A stretch of 64,000 bases of DNA from Prochlorococcus sp. AG-412-I05 (GCA_003214855.1 QCLC01000005.1:2211-66210); one strand, 5' to 3'; positions 1 to 10,927 are shown, counted from the first letter of the stretch. Notes: generated by a model from the letters alone, not told the origin. Translations and numbers: made by a program.

Positions 1-684
1 ACTGGCGGAGCCTGGGTGCACACGATAACGAACCAGCAATTCTTCGATCCATTTGCCCTGGCTGCCCGCTGCCGCCAATCGCACGAGTAAGTCGACATCC
101 TCAGCATGGCTAAGGCCCACATCGAACCCACCCACCTTCAGGAATGCATCACGACGGACAGTCCAGGCACTCGGCAACACGGCTTTGTGCTCAAGCATCT
201 TTTGCCAATCGAAAGCCGCACCCTCTTGCCAAGGCCTAACAGGATGCTGAGGCTGACCTGCAACATTGCAACGCCACCAACCAGCATGCACATGATCCAA
301 TTCAGGATGAGCCTGCAACATGGCGAGAGGGCCTTCAAGACGCCCAGGCAAAGGGCGATCGTCGGCATCAACAAAAGCAATCAAAGGCGCCCTAGCCGCA
401 GCGACGGCCTGATTGCGAGCAGCTGAAACCCCATGACTATTGGCCTGAAGCAAATGCCAGCGAGCCGATGGCCAGTGAGCACAAAGACGCCGCAACTCAC
501 TCGCTGATCCATCGTTGCTGTGGTCATCAACCGCGATCAACTCGAAAGGCACGTGCCATTCCCGCACCAGAGCCGCCAACAGCTGAGGCAACCAATGCGC
601 AGCATTGCGAAATGGCACCACCACCGAAATCTGCGGCGCAAACGTTTGATCCGCTAATTCAGCATGGCTGCATTCAGCCTTCAA
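1..684 (-). CDS. GT2 family glycosyltransferase (3' end runs off the window)
   Basis: Hand translation of the minus strand (not in the ORF track): PQISVVVPFRNAAHWL...ELIAVDDHSNDGS...GVSAARNQAVAAARAPLIAFVDADD...FLKVGGFDVGLSHAEDVDLLVRL...YRVHPGSAS. The frame is open to position 1. The TTG start at 684 is approximate. Confidence 0.88.
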   Translation of the reverse strand, partial: MKAECSHAELADQTFAPQISVVVPFRNAAHWLPQLLAALVREWHVPFELIAVDDHSNDGSASELRRLCAHWPSARWHLLQANSHGVSAARNQAVAAARAPLIAFVDADDRPLPGRLEGPLAMLQAHPELDHVHAGWWRCNVAGQPQHPVRPWQEGAAFDWQKMLEHKAVLPSAWTVRRDAFLKVGGFDVGLSHAEDVDLLVRLAAAGSQGKWIEELLVRYRVHPGSAS

Positions 685-750
685 AGTTTTACTGCCAGAG
701 CGAACTGTTATTCCTATCGTGACGCACTAAGAAGACTTGGCTCTTTCGTC

Positions 751-1926
751 ATGCCTCGCCCAGCACGTCGCGCAAAAAAGCCAAGTCTTGAATCAATGGA
801 TCAAGAAGCCAGCAAAAGACCTAACAGGCCTACAGCGACGAAAGCTAAGCCCAAAGCGAAAACCAAGGCCAAACCCAAGCAAGATCCCAAGCGGAGCCCG
901 CAAGCTCAAAGTGTTGCTCTTGAGAATGAATCCATGGCTGATCGCTACTACGCGATAGCCGAAACAATGAACACACGTGGTGCCATGGAACTGGCGGTGC
1001 CCTTCTATCGACAAGCGATAGCCCTACTGCTCTGCGAACGAGACCACCTGCGCCAACAGGTACCAGAAGGGCAAAGCGACCCAGCCAACAAGGCCCTGCC
1101 GATCGACGAACTGCATGGACTTCTGGAAGCTGCACAAGCCTGGGAGAGTCAACATGAAGACACCCCCAGAAACAGACCCAAAGAGAGCCTTGAAGGCATA
1201 CGTGAAGACAGCTCACAGAAGTTTGGGCAACCCGAAACCATCGAAGTCAATAGACCCAGCCTGGGAAGTCGTATTAACGAGCTGGCTGAAGAGCTAACAC
1301 CCAGTAGTGCAAAACAAGTGCTTGTTGGACTTGTGGAGCTTGAGAAGGAAGCCATCAACTTGCCTGCAAGCGGACTGAGCTTGCGCGGCAAAGCATTGAT
1401 GCTTGCAGGTGAACGCAGCGCAGCGTTAGCGAGCTTCGAATCGGCAATGGCCCTGGCACCAGATCAGCCAGAATTGCGAATCAACACGGGAGCAGCGCGA
1501 CTCGCCAATTCAGATTCAAACGGGGCTCTGAGCCTGCTACGTGAGGTTTTTTGCGAAGGTCTTGAGCAGCTCGATAAACCAATCCAAAATGCTTTGCTGC
1601 GCAATCTATCAACGGCAGAAAACCAAGCAGGAAATAGTGCAGAAGCGCTTCGGATTAGGCGTCATTGGCTGCAACTCGATCCCGCAGCTGTTCCTATACA
1701 GAAATGGCTGGGCTGGGCCCTATCAGGATTGAAACAGCCAAGTGGCGAGGCAAGCCGGCTGGAAGCAATTAGCCTGCTTAAAGAGCTAAACAGATTGGCG
1801 CCTAACGAACGCAGCGTGATGGAAACCCTAGCAATCGCATTAGAAGAAGAAGGCGAGTATCGAGCAGCTTCACTATTTTACCGAGAATTGATCAGACCTA
1901 CGAATACACCCGCAGCGCAGAAATGA
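751..1926 (+). CDS. TPR-repeat protein with Lys/Pro-rich N-terminus
   Basis: ORF 664..1926; likely start is ATG 751 (MPRPARRAKK). TPR-like helices: KALMLAGERSAALASFESAMALAPDQPELRINTG, LAIALEEEGEYRAASLFYRELI. Confidence 0.8.
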   Translation: MPRPARRAKKPSLESMDQEASKRPNRPTATKAKPKAKTKAKPKQDPKRSPQAQSVALENESMADRYYAIAETMNTRGAMELAVPFYRQAIALLLCERDHLRQQVPEGQSDPANKALPIDELHGLLEAAQAWESQHEDTPRNRPKESLEGIREDSSQKFGQPETIEVNRPSLGSRINELAEELTPSSAKQVLVGLVELEKEAINLPASGLSLRGKALMLAGERSAALASFESAMALAPDQPELRINTGAARLANSDSNGALSLLREVFCEGLEQLDKPIQNALLRNLSTAENQAGNSAEALRIRRHWLQLDPAAVPIQKWLGWALSGLKQPSGEASRLEAISLLKELNRLAPNERSVMETLAIALEEEGEYRAASLFYRELIRPTNTPAAQK

Positions 1927-1967
1927 AGCGCGATCAAGATGATATCTCATACAGAATCAACAATCAG

Positions 1968-2006
1968 CAATTTATCAATTTATCAATTTATCAATTTATC
2001 AATTTA
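1968..2006. repeat. 8-bp tandem repeat (CAATTTAT) x ~4.9
   Basis: Directly visible: four perfect CAATTTAT copies plus CAATTTA. Confidence 0.95.
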
Positions 2007-2020
2007 ATTCGATTGAGAAG

Positions 2021-3000
2021 ATGAGCAATTCCCAAAGATACAAAACCAGCCAGAAAACAAAAAGTACAGAAGAATTCAAAAACAACAACTTCCAACCAAA
2101 TCGAATCCAAATTAAAGAGCTTCCATCAACAGAAGCAAATTCACGAAATATCTCAAGCTTACGAATTAGCCAGAAAACATAGAGAGGCCGCCGATCAATT
2201 CAGTTCTCAGGACAAAACATCTTTGGGCATCACACCGTACCGACAATCAATGCTGCTCTTAATGGCCAAAAAAGACAACCTAACAAAGCAAATTCAATCG
2301 TCTTCGACAACACACTCAAAAGAAGAAGTCCCAAACAATGAATCACAAAAAATCAAAACAATTCATACAAACCAAATAACTCAGGCCCTGAATCAACAGG
2401 GTCAACAGGAGAAACTATCAACAGTCAGCTGACATCTCTTGAAGACAAACTATCCCGTGAATCTGCTCAGAAGCTGCTGACGACAATTGATGCATTAGAG
2501 ACTAAAATGCAACAACTCCCAAAAAAGTTGCGCCTTTTCCCAGATAAGCGTATCTACTCATCAATGACGAGAATAGAGCAAATGCAGAATCAATAAAAGC
2601 AGACAAAAATGATCCCATAGTTCAAAAAATAGACGTCGAAGATACACAACCCAAGCAAGCCCTGGAGCCACTTCAAAGATTAGTTAAAGAAAGTGATTAA
2701 AGAAACGATACTGACCGGATAGCTTTAATCCTGAGCCAACTTGCAGAAGCGAAGACCTTATCAGGAGAGGCTGTCAAAGCTGCTCAATACTGGGTAGACC
2801 TGGCAGCCATCGCTCCAGAAGAAATAGAACTAGAAAAAACTCATTAATAATGCGAGACAATGGCAAAAAAAAGGGGGGTGGATTACACTACTAACGGCTT
2901 TAAACGCAATGCTTGGTCAACAGCCTATGCTCATGAACCAATGCATAACTACGCTACAGCAGCAATGGTTTGCCGCGAAACAATACAGCCAAATTATTTA
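2021..3000 (+). pseudogene. Degraded AT-rich paralog of the upstream TPR gene
   Basis: Fragments in several frames align by eye to 751..1926: YRQSMLLLMAKKDNLTKQI vs YRQAIALLLCERDHLRQQV; DKLSRESAQKLLTTIDALE vs EELTPSSAKQVLVGLVELE; ALILSQLAEAKTLSGEAVKAAQYWVDLAAIAPEEI vs ALLRNLSTAENQAGNSAEALRIRRHWLQLDPAAV. Multiple stops and frameshifts; boundaries approximate. Confidence 0.6.
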
Positions 3001-3012
3001 ACATCTTGAACC

Positions 3013-5169
3013 ATGGCATCAAATGATCCGCAATCCATAGCGTTGATACACTTTGAGCAAGGCCGTCAACTTCTCGACCAAAACAAACCAATCCAAGCAC
3101 TACTGAAACTAAAAAAAGCAATAGAAATAATGCCGAGTCACGGCTGCGCCTATCACCTAATGGGTAAGGCACTTAAGCAACTGGGTGATCAGCAAGAGGC
3201 AGAAAACTATCAACTAATTAGTTGCCAACTAGACCCTGCAATTGGCTGGAACTGGTATGCACTTGGAGAACTTCAGCAGCGTCGCGGTGCACTGCAAGAG
3301 GGATTCAAAGCATTAACAATGGCAAGCAAATGGCTACCAACAGAACGCTGGATCATGGATCAAGTACGCCTATTGAAGAGGCAGCTGAGCTGGGAAGATT
3401 TTCGCTACCAAGAAGATGCCAAACCACGTTTTGGACTTGACGTGCTCATCAATGGAGTGTGGGCCTTAAGGCCAGATGTTCGACAAAAGCTTGAAGGAGA
3501 AATCGATCGATTACCGCTCTGGCTAATATTAGATGGACCAAAAGAATATCTAGCCGCCATTGTCTTTCGAGAAGAGTTGCTGCAATCGCTACAACCTTGG
3601 GCCGGTCAACCAGCACCGCTAGAGCCAATCAACACATGGCCGAGCAAAACGTTGTCTGCACCTATAAGCCTCTTGATGTTAGAAATCTGGAAGCAACAGA
3701 GACCTCTACAGTATCGCTTTAACATAAATACTAGCGCGGGGCAGTTAGGACTTTTTTGGTGGTTTGTTTTAGAAGGAACAGCCTGTTATGGGCTTAAGAA
3801 GCTATGGACTGATTCACTTCGGCAGTATCTCAATCAACCAGTCGATAGAAACAAGCCAACTATCAACCATCTGATGCGCGCTGGTCAAAGACAACTTGGG
3901 AGGATGGATGTTGGCGATCAAGATCTAGGAAGTTGGTGGCAACAACAAGGATTAGCAGCCCTAGGACTTGAGTTGGAATTAGCACTTAAAGAACCCAACA
4001 ATGATGACCAACAACCAATTCAACCAACCGCAACACAATTAGCCTCACCTACAGCACCATCATTGCCCTTTGGCGTGAACTTGATCGGATTTGCGCGCGG
4101 TGTGCTTGGCATCGGAGAAGACATACGCATGGCGGCTAAAGCGCTCGAAGTGGCCGCCGTCCCTTACTCAGTTTATGAAGTACATACTGATCGATCCATC
4201 GATAGCAATGAAAATAGCCTCCATCTTGAACTATCTGAGTCAATGCCTTACCAGGCCAATATCTTCTGCCTAACAGGCATAGAAACGTTACGGATAGGCT
4301 TAAAAGACTATCTGCCAATGTTGCTGCGAAGATACACAAATATCGGCTACTGGCCCTGGGAATTCGAACGCTGGCCATTGTTTTTACAAGATAGCTACAA
4401 AATCGTCGATGAAATTTGGGCATCGACGAAATTCACAGCTAAAGCCTACAAAGCCGACAGGCAAGTGAATGTGGAATGGATGCCGATGCACGTGGATGTT
4501 TCTCAAGGAGAAGGATTAACGCGAAAAGAATTTAATCTGCCAGCTAAAACTTACTTATTCCTGTTCACATTTGATGTCAGCTCATCAATACTTCGAAAAA
4601 ATCCATTGGCCGTATTACGAGCATTTCAAGAAGCATTCCCTAGAGATAACTCTTCTGTAGGACTCGTGGTGAAATTAATGCGCGGAAGCTCATCTTACGC
4701 ACTTGCCTTGCTGGAGTTGAGGGCTGCCGCCAAAATGGATAAGCGAATCATAGTCATCGACACAACGCTGCCAAGAGCTAATTTGCTGGATCTAATGAGA
4801 GCATGCGATGCCTATGTATCTCTACATCGATGCGAAGGGTTTGGACGTGGAATGGCAGAAGCAATGTTGCTAGGTAAACCCGTTATCGCAACCCAATATT
4901 CAGGGAACCTTGATTTCTGCTCACCAAAAACATCCTTATTGGTTGATGCTGAATTAGTCCCTGTAAGGCCTTGTGAATACGAGCATGCCGTTGGCCAATA
5001 CTGGGCCAATCCGAATCAGAATTCAGCAGTCTCAGCACTGCGGCAAGCTGCTGATGGCTGGAAGCCTGACCTTAAATCAATAAAAGAAATTGAACGGCGA
5101 TATAGCGCTAAGGTAGTAGGGAGTAATTATCGAAAAAGACTCGAGGCTATTTGCAAATACGAAGAGTAA
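3013..5169 (+). CDS. TPR-containing GT4-type glycosyltransferase
   Basis: N-terminal TPRs (AYHLMGKALKQLGD, NWYALGELQQRRG). C-terminal GT4 motifs GVNLIGFARGVLGIGE, IGYWPWE, RKNPLAVLRAF, YVSLHRCEGFGRGMAEAMLLGKPVIATQYSGN. Confidence 0.88.
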   Translation: MASNDPQSIALIHFEQGRQLLDQNKPIQALLKLKKAIEIMPSHGCAYHLMGKALKQLGDQQEAENYQLISCQLDPAIGWNWYALGELQQRRGALQEGFKALTMASKWLPTERWIMDQVRLLKRQLSWEDFRYQEDAKPRFGLDVLINGVWALRPDVRQKLEGEIDRLPLWLILDGPKEYLAAIVFREELLQSLQPWAGQPAPLEPINTWPSKTLSAPISLLMLEIWKQQRPLQYRFNINTSAGQLGLFWWFVLEGTACYGLKKLWTDSLRQYLNQPVDRNKPTINHLMRAGQRQLGRMDVGDQDLGSWWQQQGLAALGLELELALKEPNNDDQQPIQPTATQLASPTAPSLPFGVNLIGFARGVLGIGEDIRMAAKALEVAAVPYSVYEVHTDRSIDSNENSLHLELSESMPYQANIFCLTGIETLRIGLKDYLPMLLRRYTNIGYWPWEFERWPLFLQDSYKIVDEIWASTKFTAKAYKADRQVNVEWMPMHVDVSQGEGLTRKEFNLPAKTYLFLFTFDVSSSILRKNPLAVLRAFQEAFPRDNSSVGLVVKLMRGSSSYALALLELRAAAKMDKRIIVIDTTLPRANLLDLMRACDAYVSLHRCEGFGRGMAEAMLLGKPVIATQYSGNLDFCSPKTSLLVDAELVPVRPCEYEHAVGQYWANPNQNSAVSALRQAADGWKPDLKSIKEIERRYSAKVVGSNYRKRLEAICKYEE

Positions 5170-5339
5170 AATCAAACAAGTCTCCCTAGATGCAAGCAAA
5201 TAAAGACTTCAATTTACATATCGCTTGCTGCGATCAAATTCATATCGATAGTGACCACTGCACCCAGGGAATCGTACCTACCGGAGAGGATGTTCGCCGA
5301 TGCTGATGCAGACGCACCATGGAGTAAGACGATAGCTTC

Positions 5340-5690
5340 TTAGGGGTGTTACAGCGGTGTTTACTTGATCCTGCGCCCTGAGTTGCCCCCTTCGTTGCTG
5401 TGGCTTCGATGAGGGTTTGGCGGTTGGTGAATTCAATGAACTAGACATTTGCCTCAGGCATCAAGCACTTGGTAATCGCCTTGTGATTCCAGTAGAAGCG
5501 GTGCTGATTCACGCTGAAAGCTAGAGCCGAGATGTATAGGCCAGAGCTACTGCAAATCCTGCCCTGAAGCTAACGACCCTGGCAAGGAAGAATGCGCGCT
5601 GGAACTTCGTGGTGGCCGGAGCAATGCGAACTCGATCATGTGGATGGCCGACCGTTGGGGATGGTTTTTGTGGAGTCGTCGAATTGCTTG
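5340..5690 (-). mobile_element. Possible highly degraded IS481-like transposase 3' fragment
   Basis: Higher-GC non-coding gap between convergent genes. Minus-strand fragments (KNHPQRSAIHMIEFAL, TKFQRAFF) weakly resemble an IS481 integrase core; many stops. Confidence 0.3.
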
Positions 5691-5692
5691 AA

Positions 5693-7051
5693 TTAATCCG
5701 AAATCAGACTTTGGTAAAGACTTTCAATCTTCCTGGCGCAATCCTGATTGCTAGGGAGGAAATCTGATGGCATTGGAATACCTTTTCTTCGCTGGTACAC
5801 CCAGCGGAAGAAAGGTCCTTCTTCAAGACCTTTTTTTAAATACTTGCTCCAATTGTCCGAATCGGCCATGGGCAGTGTGAAGACTCCTTCATGGCCGCTC
5901 AATCCAGCAAGGCCACCTGCATCAGTGATGATGATTGGAAGTCCATAAGCAAGAGATTCTCGGGCGACGAAACCATACACTTCATGCCAAAGAGAAGGCA
6001 TTGCTACGATATCGAGCTGAGAAAAGATGGATGACAGAAGTTCTTTGTCGTAAGGTCCATTGAATTTTAAAAAGTCAGGAAACTTGTTGGCAATTTCAAT
6101 AATTTTGTTCTGGCTTGATTCGTCTCCCTGATAGGTTGCTGGAATAGGCCCATGGACTTCAACCTTGAAAAATTCGTGTAGGTTTGCATCTAAAAGAGCC
6201 TCGCAGAATTTCAGTTGGCCTTTGTGGGGTGCAACAATTCCGAGAATTCCTATTCGAATGCGCTCAGTGGGGGTGTTAGCTGCTGATGTGTGCTTGATTT
6301 CGTGAGCAAGTTGTCCACGAGGGAATGAAAGATTCAAGCCATTTTCAACTACTTTGATCTGATAGGTTATGCCATGTTGGTAATGAATGGTTGCAGCTTC
6401 TGCGGATGGTGTAATCACAGCGCTGGCATATTGAAGCATTTGATCGCTATAGCGGACCCATGCTGCTTTCAGGCTGATGATGGAATCATCTCTATCGTTT
6501 TGTTCTTGGAGAGACTGGTAATAATGAGCTGAGTCTAAACTTTTTAATGTGCGATCTGTAGCTTTTCTTGAGTTGCGTTCCCACTTGTCATGATCATCAG
6601 GCTCGATAATTGAATGCTCAAAATCGAACAGTGAGCATTGTGGATCGATACACCAATAGTCGTGCAGCGTTACTACGGTTGGCACTAGTTTGCTGCAACT
6701 GCGAACTGCTCGGATTCCGAAGAAAAGATTGTGATGGAAGTCCACGATATCTAATTGATAGTGGTTGATCCAATTGTCTAAAATGATTTCAGCCTGAGGA
6801 ACGCGTTGATAATCAAATAGGCATCTTGTATCCCAGTAATTATAGTTTGACTGTTCGATGCGCAGTTCTCCTTCTTCCCAGCCTTGTGTGTTGTATTGAC
6901 TCTCAAGATCTAGATTATCTGCATTGTTGATGCAATGAACAAAGACTTGGTGTCCGTATTCGGTTAAAAGTTTCGCCAAACCTGAAACATGCGTTTCAAG
7001 GCCTCCTCTATGATTTTTGCCCCATGCAAAACAAACAATTCCGATTCTCAT
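5693..7051 (-). CDS. GT4 family glycosyltransferase
   Basis: RGGLETHV, PTVVTLHDYW, LGIVAPHKG, MPSLWHEVYGFVARESLAYGLPIIITDAGG. Confidence 0.9.
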   Translation of the reverse strand: MRIGIVCFAWGKNHRGGLETHVSGLAKLLTEYGHQVFVHCINNADNLDLESQYNTQGWEEGELRIEQSNYNYWDTRCLFDYQRVPQAEIILDNWINHYQLDIVDFHHNLFFGIRAVRSCSKLVPTVVTLHDYWCIDPQCSLFDFEHSIIEPDDHDKWERNSRKATDRTLKSLDSAHYYQSLQEQNDRDDSIISLKAAWVRYSDQMLQYASAVITPSAEAATIHYQHGITYQIKVVENGLNLSFPRGQLAHEIKHTSAANTPTERIRIGILGIVAPHKGQLKFCEALLDANLHEFFKVEVHGPIPATYQGDESSQNKIIEIANKFPDFLKFNGPYDKELLSSIFSQLDIVAMPSLWHEVYGFVARESLAYGLPIIITDAGGLAGLSGHEGVFTLPMADSDNWSKYLKKGLEEGPFFRWVYQRRKGIPMPSDFLPSNQDCARKIESLYQSLISD

Positions 7052-7129
7052 TAGTTAGGGATATCAGCCATAGAGGTCTTTGAAATTTGAAATGAAGTGA
7101 GGTTTACAGGATGTGACTCATTCTCTATG

Positions 7130-7651
7130 TCAGTACTGAATCCCGCAATCAATTGTGCAATGTTGTGATATAACTCCTTGGAAATGCTTTCTGATCTGGA
7201 TCCGCCGAAAAGGGAACTGTGCTAATGTTGATTGGCCGATTGATTGCCCATATTTAAACCTTGACATGGAAGGGCACTTGCAAGTCAAGGTAAACAGAGT
7301 CAGTGAAAGCCACATCCGGTCTCGCATGAGTTCTTCACGGGGATGATTAGCCTTTGAAAACTTATAGTAGTCAAATATCTCTAGGCTATGTTGGGTCAAC
7401 ATTCGCCATGTTTGTAAAACGTTATCTTGAGAGGATGAATTATCTAGGGACTGAATATTCTTGTGTTTGATATTGAACAATTGTCCACGTGGATCAATTG
7501 GCCAATAATCATTAAACGTGGCAATCACAAGGACTATTTCAGCCAATACTGGTATAAACCTCAAGCCAATCAAAAGCGTGTGATGTATATCAAAAATATG
7601 GAGATTGAGACGATCGGCCCATTCAGTTAAAACCATCTCCACTTGGGGCAC
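7130..7651 (-). pseudogene. Probable degraded glycosyltransferase (GT2-like) fragment
   Basis: VLVIATFND...SLDNSSSQD resembles a GT2 N-terminus, but the ORF is short and lacks later motifs. Confidence 0.3.
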
Positions 7652-7913
7652 TCTCTGAAAATCAAGCAGTGATCAAATATGATGATAAACACAAATAAAC
7701 TCTTAAGCATGAATAGGCCCATAATCCCAGGGACATGATTCAAATGGCGCTACTGAAGGATCATTATGAACGCAGTGAACAAAAACACTGCAATCCATTG
7801 CAGAAAGCCTGAAGGCAAGTTCTCATACATGACTTATTAGACCAACTCTACTCTCAGACTTCCATGCAAAACTCACCAAACCGATACGTAATTTAGACAC
7901 AAGAATGAGATAC

Positions 7914-9329
7914 TTAGAACTTAACCTCAATCGAAGCTTGAATGCTTAAACGTGGTCTTTCAGTAAGAACAGAAGATGGAAGAGAAACTTTCTCTGAGTA
8001 ACCTGATATTGGCGTTACTTTACAACCAGGATATTCACAATTAGGAATAAGACTTTCAAACATTGGGGTAATTACCAACCCAAGCTCAGGAATAGGCACC
8101 CAGCTAAATCCGGCATTCAGATTGCGACCAGTCCATTCGGTTATTAGATTCAAGCCATCATAAACTTCAAGTCCAATGGATGCTATAGGATTAATCTGTC
8201 CATAATCACTCCCATCACGGAGCGCACGTTTAAAAGTCTTTTGACTACAAGGCTTATTTGGGATGTAGCCATAAGTCTCGCAACCCGCATCACGCAGAGC
8301 CTGGGTCTGGTCTTTAAATGTTTGTTCTATTGGCTTGAATTCCCCATTACCGATTCCAGCCGTGAGATAAAGATTGCGGAACCAAGCACTGGTATTATCT
8401 TGATTAATCCGTATGCGTTGACTCCCAACAAAATAGAAATTTCTAGTCATATCTGCATAAATATAATCATTAGTATCCCAAGTAATAAGGTTTTCAACTC
8501 CCAGCCTAAAAGAGGTGTCTGGCCCTATAGCTTTAGCCAGATGTAAACCTGTTTGAGCTCCTTGAAAGATATCTGAATCAAAATTTTGAGCTTTGAAATC
8601 AGCAGCCACCTTTTCTAAGCTATTAGTAACAATGAGTGAAACTGCATTAACAGGATCTCCAAAGCCTAACGCTTGAAAAAACTCACCATTCGATTGAGTT
8701 GAATTAGAATCCTTCCATGCTTCAATGGTTGTAAAGGGTTCACATGGTCCTTTACCAAGTGTACAATCTGTTTGATTGATCATAAAAGATAACATCAACC
8801 CCTTTGGTCCATAACCTACAGGAACAGTTTTGCTAATTTGAGGTAACCAAAGACCATCTCGCCAAAGGGCGCGATAATTTGAATATGTAGGGCCAGTGTC
8901 ATAAGTATAGGGTATAGATGAGTATTCTTTATAAGCTTCATGCATGTCAGATAATTCAGATTCAGTTTTATCAGTTGACTCTAAATCCTCTTCATCCGTC
9001 AACACTGTCCATATAATAGGAACAGAGTTTTTGGGAAATTCATCAACATGCTCCCAAGCCGCACCGTTAGAGTTATTAGGTTTATTATCAGAGTCAGGCA
9101 TGTCAACCCAATTAACAGCTTTAGGATCATTAGTCGTTCCATTGGCTTTTGACTCAACCTCCCAAGAAGCTGTTGAATTGACATTTGTTGCAGCGGTTTG
9201 GGACGCTGGTAATTCAGGCAATTGCTGCCAATCAGCAGCTAACGATGGAGTGCAGGTGCTGGTGAAGCTAATGCCTGAAAACATTAAAAGAAATAGCTGT
9301 GAGCATTTATTGCCTTTGATCATTATCAA
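7914..9329 (-). CDS. Secreted, probable outer-membrane beta-barrel protein (cyanobacterial hypothetical family) in the export operon
   Basis: Signal-peptide-like N-terminus, low-complexity linker, amphipathic strands (YLTAGIGNGEF, LNLITEWTGRNLNAGFSWVP), C-terminal Phe (LSIQASIEVKF). Overlaps the wzc stop by 4 nt. Confidence 0.65.
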   Translation of the reverse strand: MIMIKGNKCSQLFLLMFSGISFTSTCTPSLAADWQQLPELPASQTAATNVNSTASWEVESKANGTTNDPKAVNWVDMPDSDNKPNNSNGAAWEHVDEFPKNSVPIIWTVLTDEEDLESTDKTESELSDMHEAYKEYSSIPYTYDTGPTYSNYRALWRDGLWLPQISKTVPVGYGPKGLMLSFMINQTDCTLGKGPCEPFTTIEAWKDSNSTQSNGEFFQALGFGDPVNAVSLIVTNSLEKVAADFKAQNFDSDIFQGAQTGLHLAKAIGPDTSFRLGVENLITWDTNDYIYADMTRNFYFVGSQRIRINQDNTSAWFRNLYLTAGIGNGEFKPIEQTFKDQTQALRDAGCETYGYIPNKPCSQKTFKRALRDGSDYGQINPIASIGLEVYDGLNLITEWTGRNLNAGFSWVPIPELGLVITPMFESLIPNCEYPGCKVTPISGYSEKVSLPSSVLTERPRLSIQASIEVKF

Positions 9330-10924
9330 ATAGACATATCATTTTTATTGTTTATAAGAAGAATTCCCAAGACTGGCTTACCTTGAAGTTGCAGCTGTTG
9401 ATACGTCCTTTTCACATCGTCGCGTCGCAATTTACCAATCTCTACTAATATAATCTGTCCTTCAGCTCGAGAAGCCATGAGGGGGTTGTCTGCCGCATAA
9501 ACAACATCTCTATTGGCATAATGATTTAGAGCTTCAGCAATGCCTGCGGCAGTCTTCAAGCTATTAAAATCAACAACCAGCAAAGCAATAGAAGACTTAT
9601 CATGCAAAATATGCTGGCTCAATAAAGTCAACGGAGCTTCCCAAAGCCCCTCATCCTCTGGAGGGATCTGTGTCAACAAATCATAGGGGAGAAAACTCTG
9701 CAACTCCTGAAGGCTCCACAACAAGCCTGTCCTGCGATCTACCCAAAAAGCTGTAAAGCTACCTAGGAAAAGACCTGATATCAGACCAAGTGTAATTATT
9801 TGCTTCTTGTTTTGCCCTATTGGTGAATCAAGCACGGTTGGTGTTGAAATCAGCTGCCAAGGTTCCTCCTGGCGTGCCTTTTCCAACTGTGCTGATTGTA
9901 AACTTAACTCCAAACTTGCCAGAGTTGCTTGGTCCTGTTTAGCATTTCGTACCAGTTGACTGAACTTTATCATCTCATCACTGGCTTGAATATTCAAATT
10001 GCGATCAATAACCTTAGTGAGTGCTAAACGATCGCGGTTAAGTTTCTGTATTAATGGATCATTAGAATTAAGAAGATATTTTTTCTGCTCAAGTAGTACA
10101 TCAAGGCTTGTCAGCTGACCATACAAATTTATTCCACCATCTTGAGAATTTGCTGCAAAATCTGAAGCAGAAGATAGTGAGTCTGATTGAGATTTCTCAG
10201 CAAATCTTGGTTGATCAAAAGATGATGCTCCGCTTGATGCAACTAATCTATTAGTGAAAGCAAAGGTCTTTGCTATGCGCGTAGAATTATCCGACTGTTG
10301 CTTCAGCTTGGTCAATTGATCCTCGAGGTAAGCAACAGTCTTAGATATGCCGCGTGCCCGGTTAATTCCAGCATAAGATTGATACAGGCTTGATATGCGA
10401 TCCAAGACTGGAAGAATTTGCTGCTTATCTTTGTCTTGGTAGGCAATATTAAGAACAGAAGTGCCTTGTTCTAATGAAATGTTGAGGTTTTTTTTCCAAT
10501 TAGCATAGCGCCAATTACTCAATTTTTCACCAGATCTAATCTTACTTTCTTTTACGAAATCAAAGACAGGTTTAAGTACAGAAGGGCTTTCGAGAATTTT
10601 CACCTCTGTCTCAAGACTGATTCCATTCCCTCGATCTGTAGCCGAGTTTACAATTCCTAGGGATGCTAAAAGTTTATTTTGTTGCTTGGTAACATTATTA
10701 GACCCGCTGAGCACGATCTGAAAACTTCCTTCCCAGACAGGCTTTATTCTAGAAACATAGAACGCACTGATCAACAAACAACTTCCAGTAACAACAGTAA
10801 TTAACAGTTTTTGGCGATAAAGCAAAGAGGCTAAGCTGCGAATATCGATTTCATTTTCAAGTGTATTAATTGCGTTAACTGAAGTCAAAGAAGGATCGAC
10901 AGGATTGCTTGATGGCGTTTGCAT
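9326..10924 (-). CDS. wzc: Polysaccharide co-polymerase / chain-length determinant (Wzc/GumC family) with degenerate C-terminal domain
   Basis: EIDIRSL + TM, LETEVKILESPSVLKPV, TSVLNIAYQD, coiled coil, PWQLISTPTVLDSP + TM2. No Walker A motif or Tyr cluster seen. Confidence 0.85.
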   Translation of the reverse strand: MQTPSSNPVDPSLTSVNAINTLENEIDIRSLASLLYRQKLLITVVTGSCLLISAFYVSRIKPVWEGSFQIVLSGSNNVTKQQNKLLASLGIVNSATDRGNGISLETEVKILESPSVLKPVFDFVKESKIRSGEKLSNWRYANWKKNLNISLEQGTSVLNIAYQDKDKQQILPVLDRISSLYQSYAGINRARGISKTVAYLEDQLTKLKQQSDNSTRIAKTFAFTNRLVASSGASSFDQPRFAEKSQSDSLSSASDFAANSQDGGINLYGQLTSLDVLLEQKKYLLNSNDPLIQKLNRDRLALTKVIDRNLNIQASDEMIKFSQLVRNAKQDQATLASLELSLQSAQLEKARQEEPWQLISTPTVLDSPIGQNKKQIITLGLISGLFLGSFTAFWVDRRTGLLWSLQELQSFLPYDLLTQIPPEDEGLWEAPLTLLSQHILHDKSSIALLVVDFNSLKTAAGIAEALNHYANRDVVYAADNPLMASRAEGQIILVEIGKLRRDDVKRTYQQLQLQGKPVLGILLINNKNDMSI

Positions 10925-10927
10925 AAT

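Noticed and set aside
53-722. Plus-strand ORFs 53-250, 106-426 and 468-722
   Set aside because: They are antisense to the clear minus-strand GT2 gene at 1-684.
1968-2006. CRISPR array
   Set aside because: The unit is 8 bp with no spacers, and no cas genes are present.
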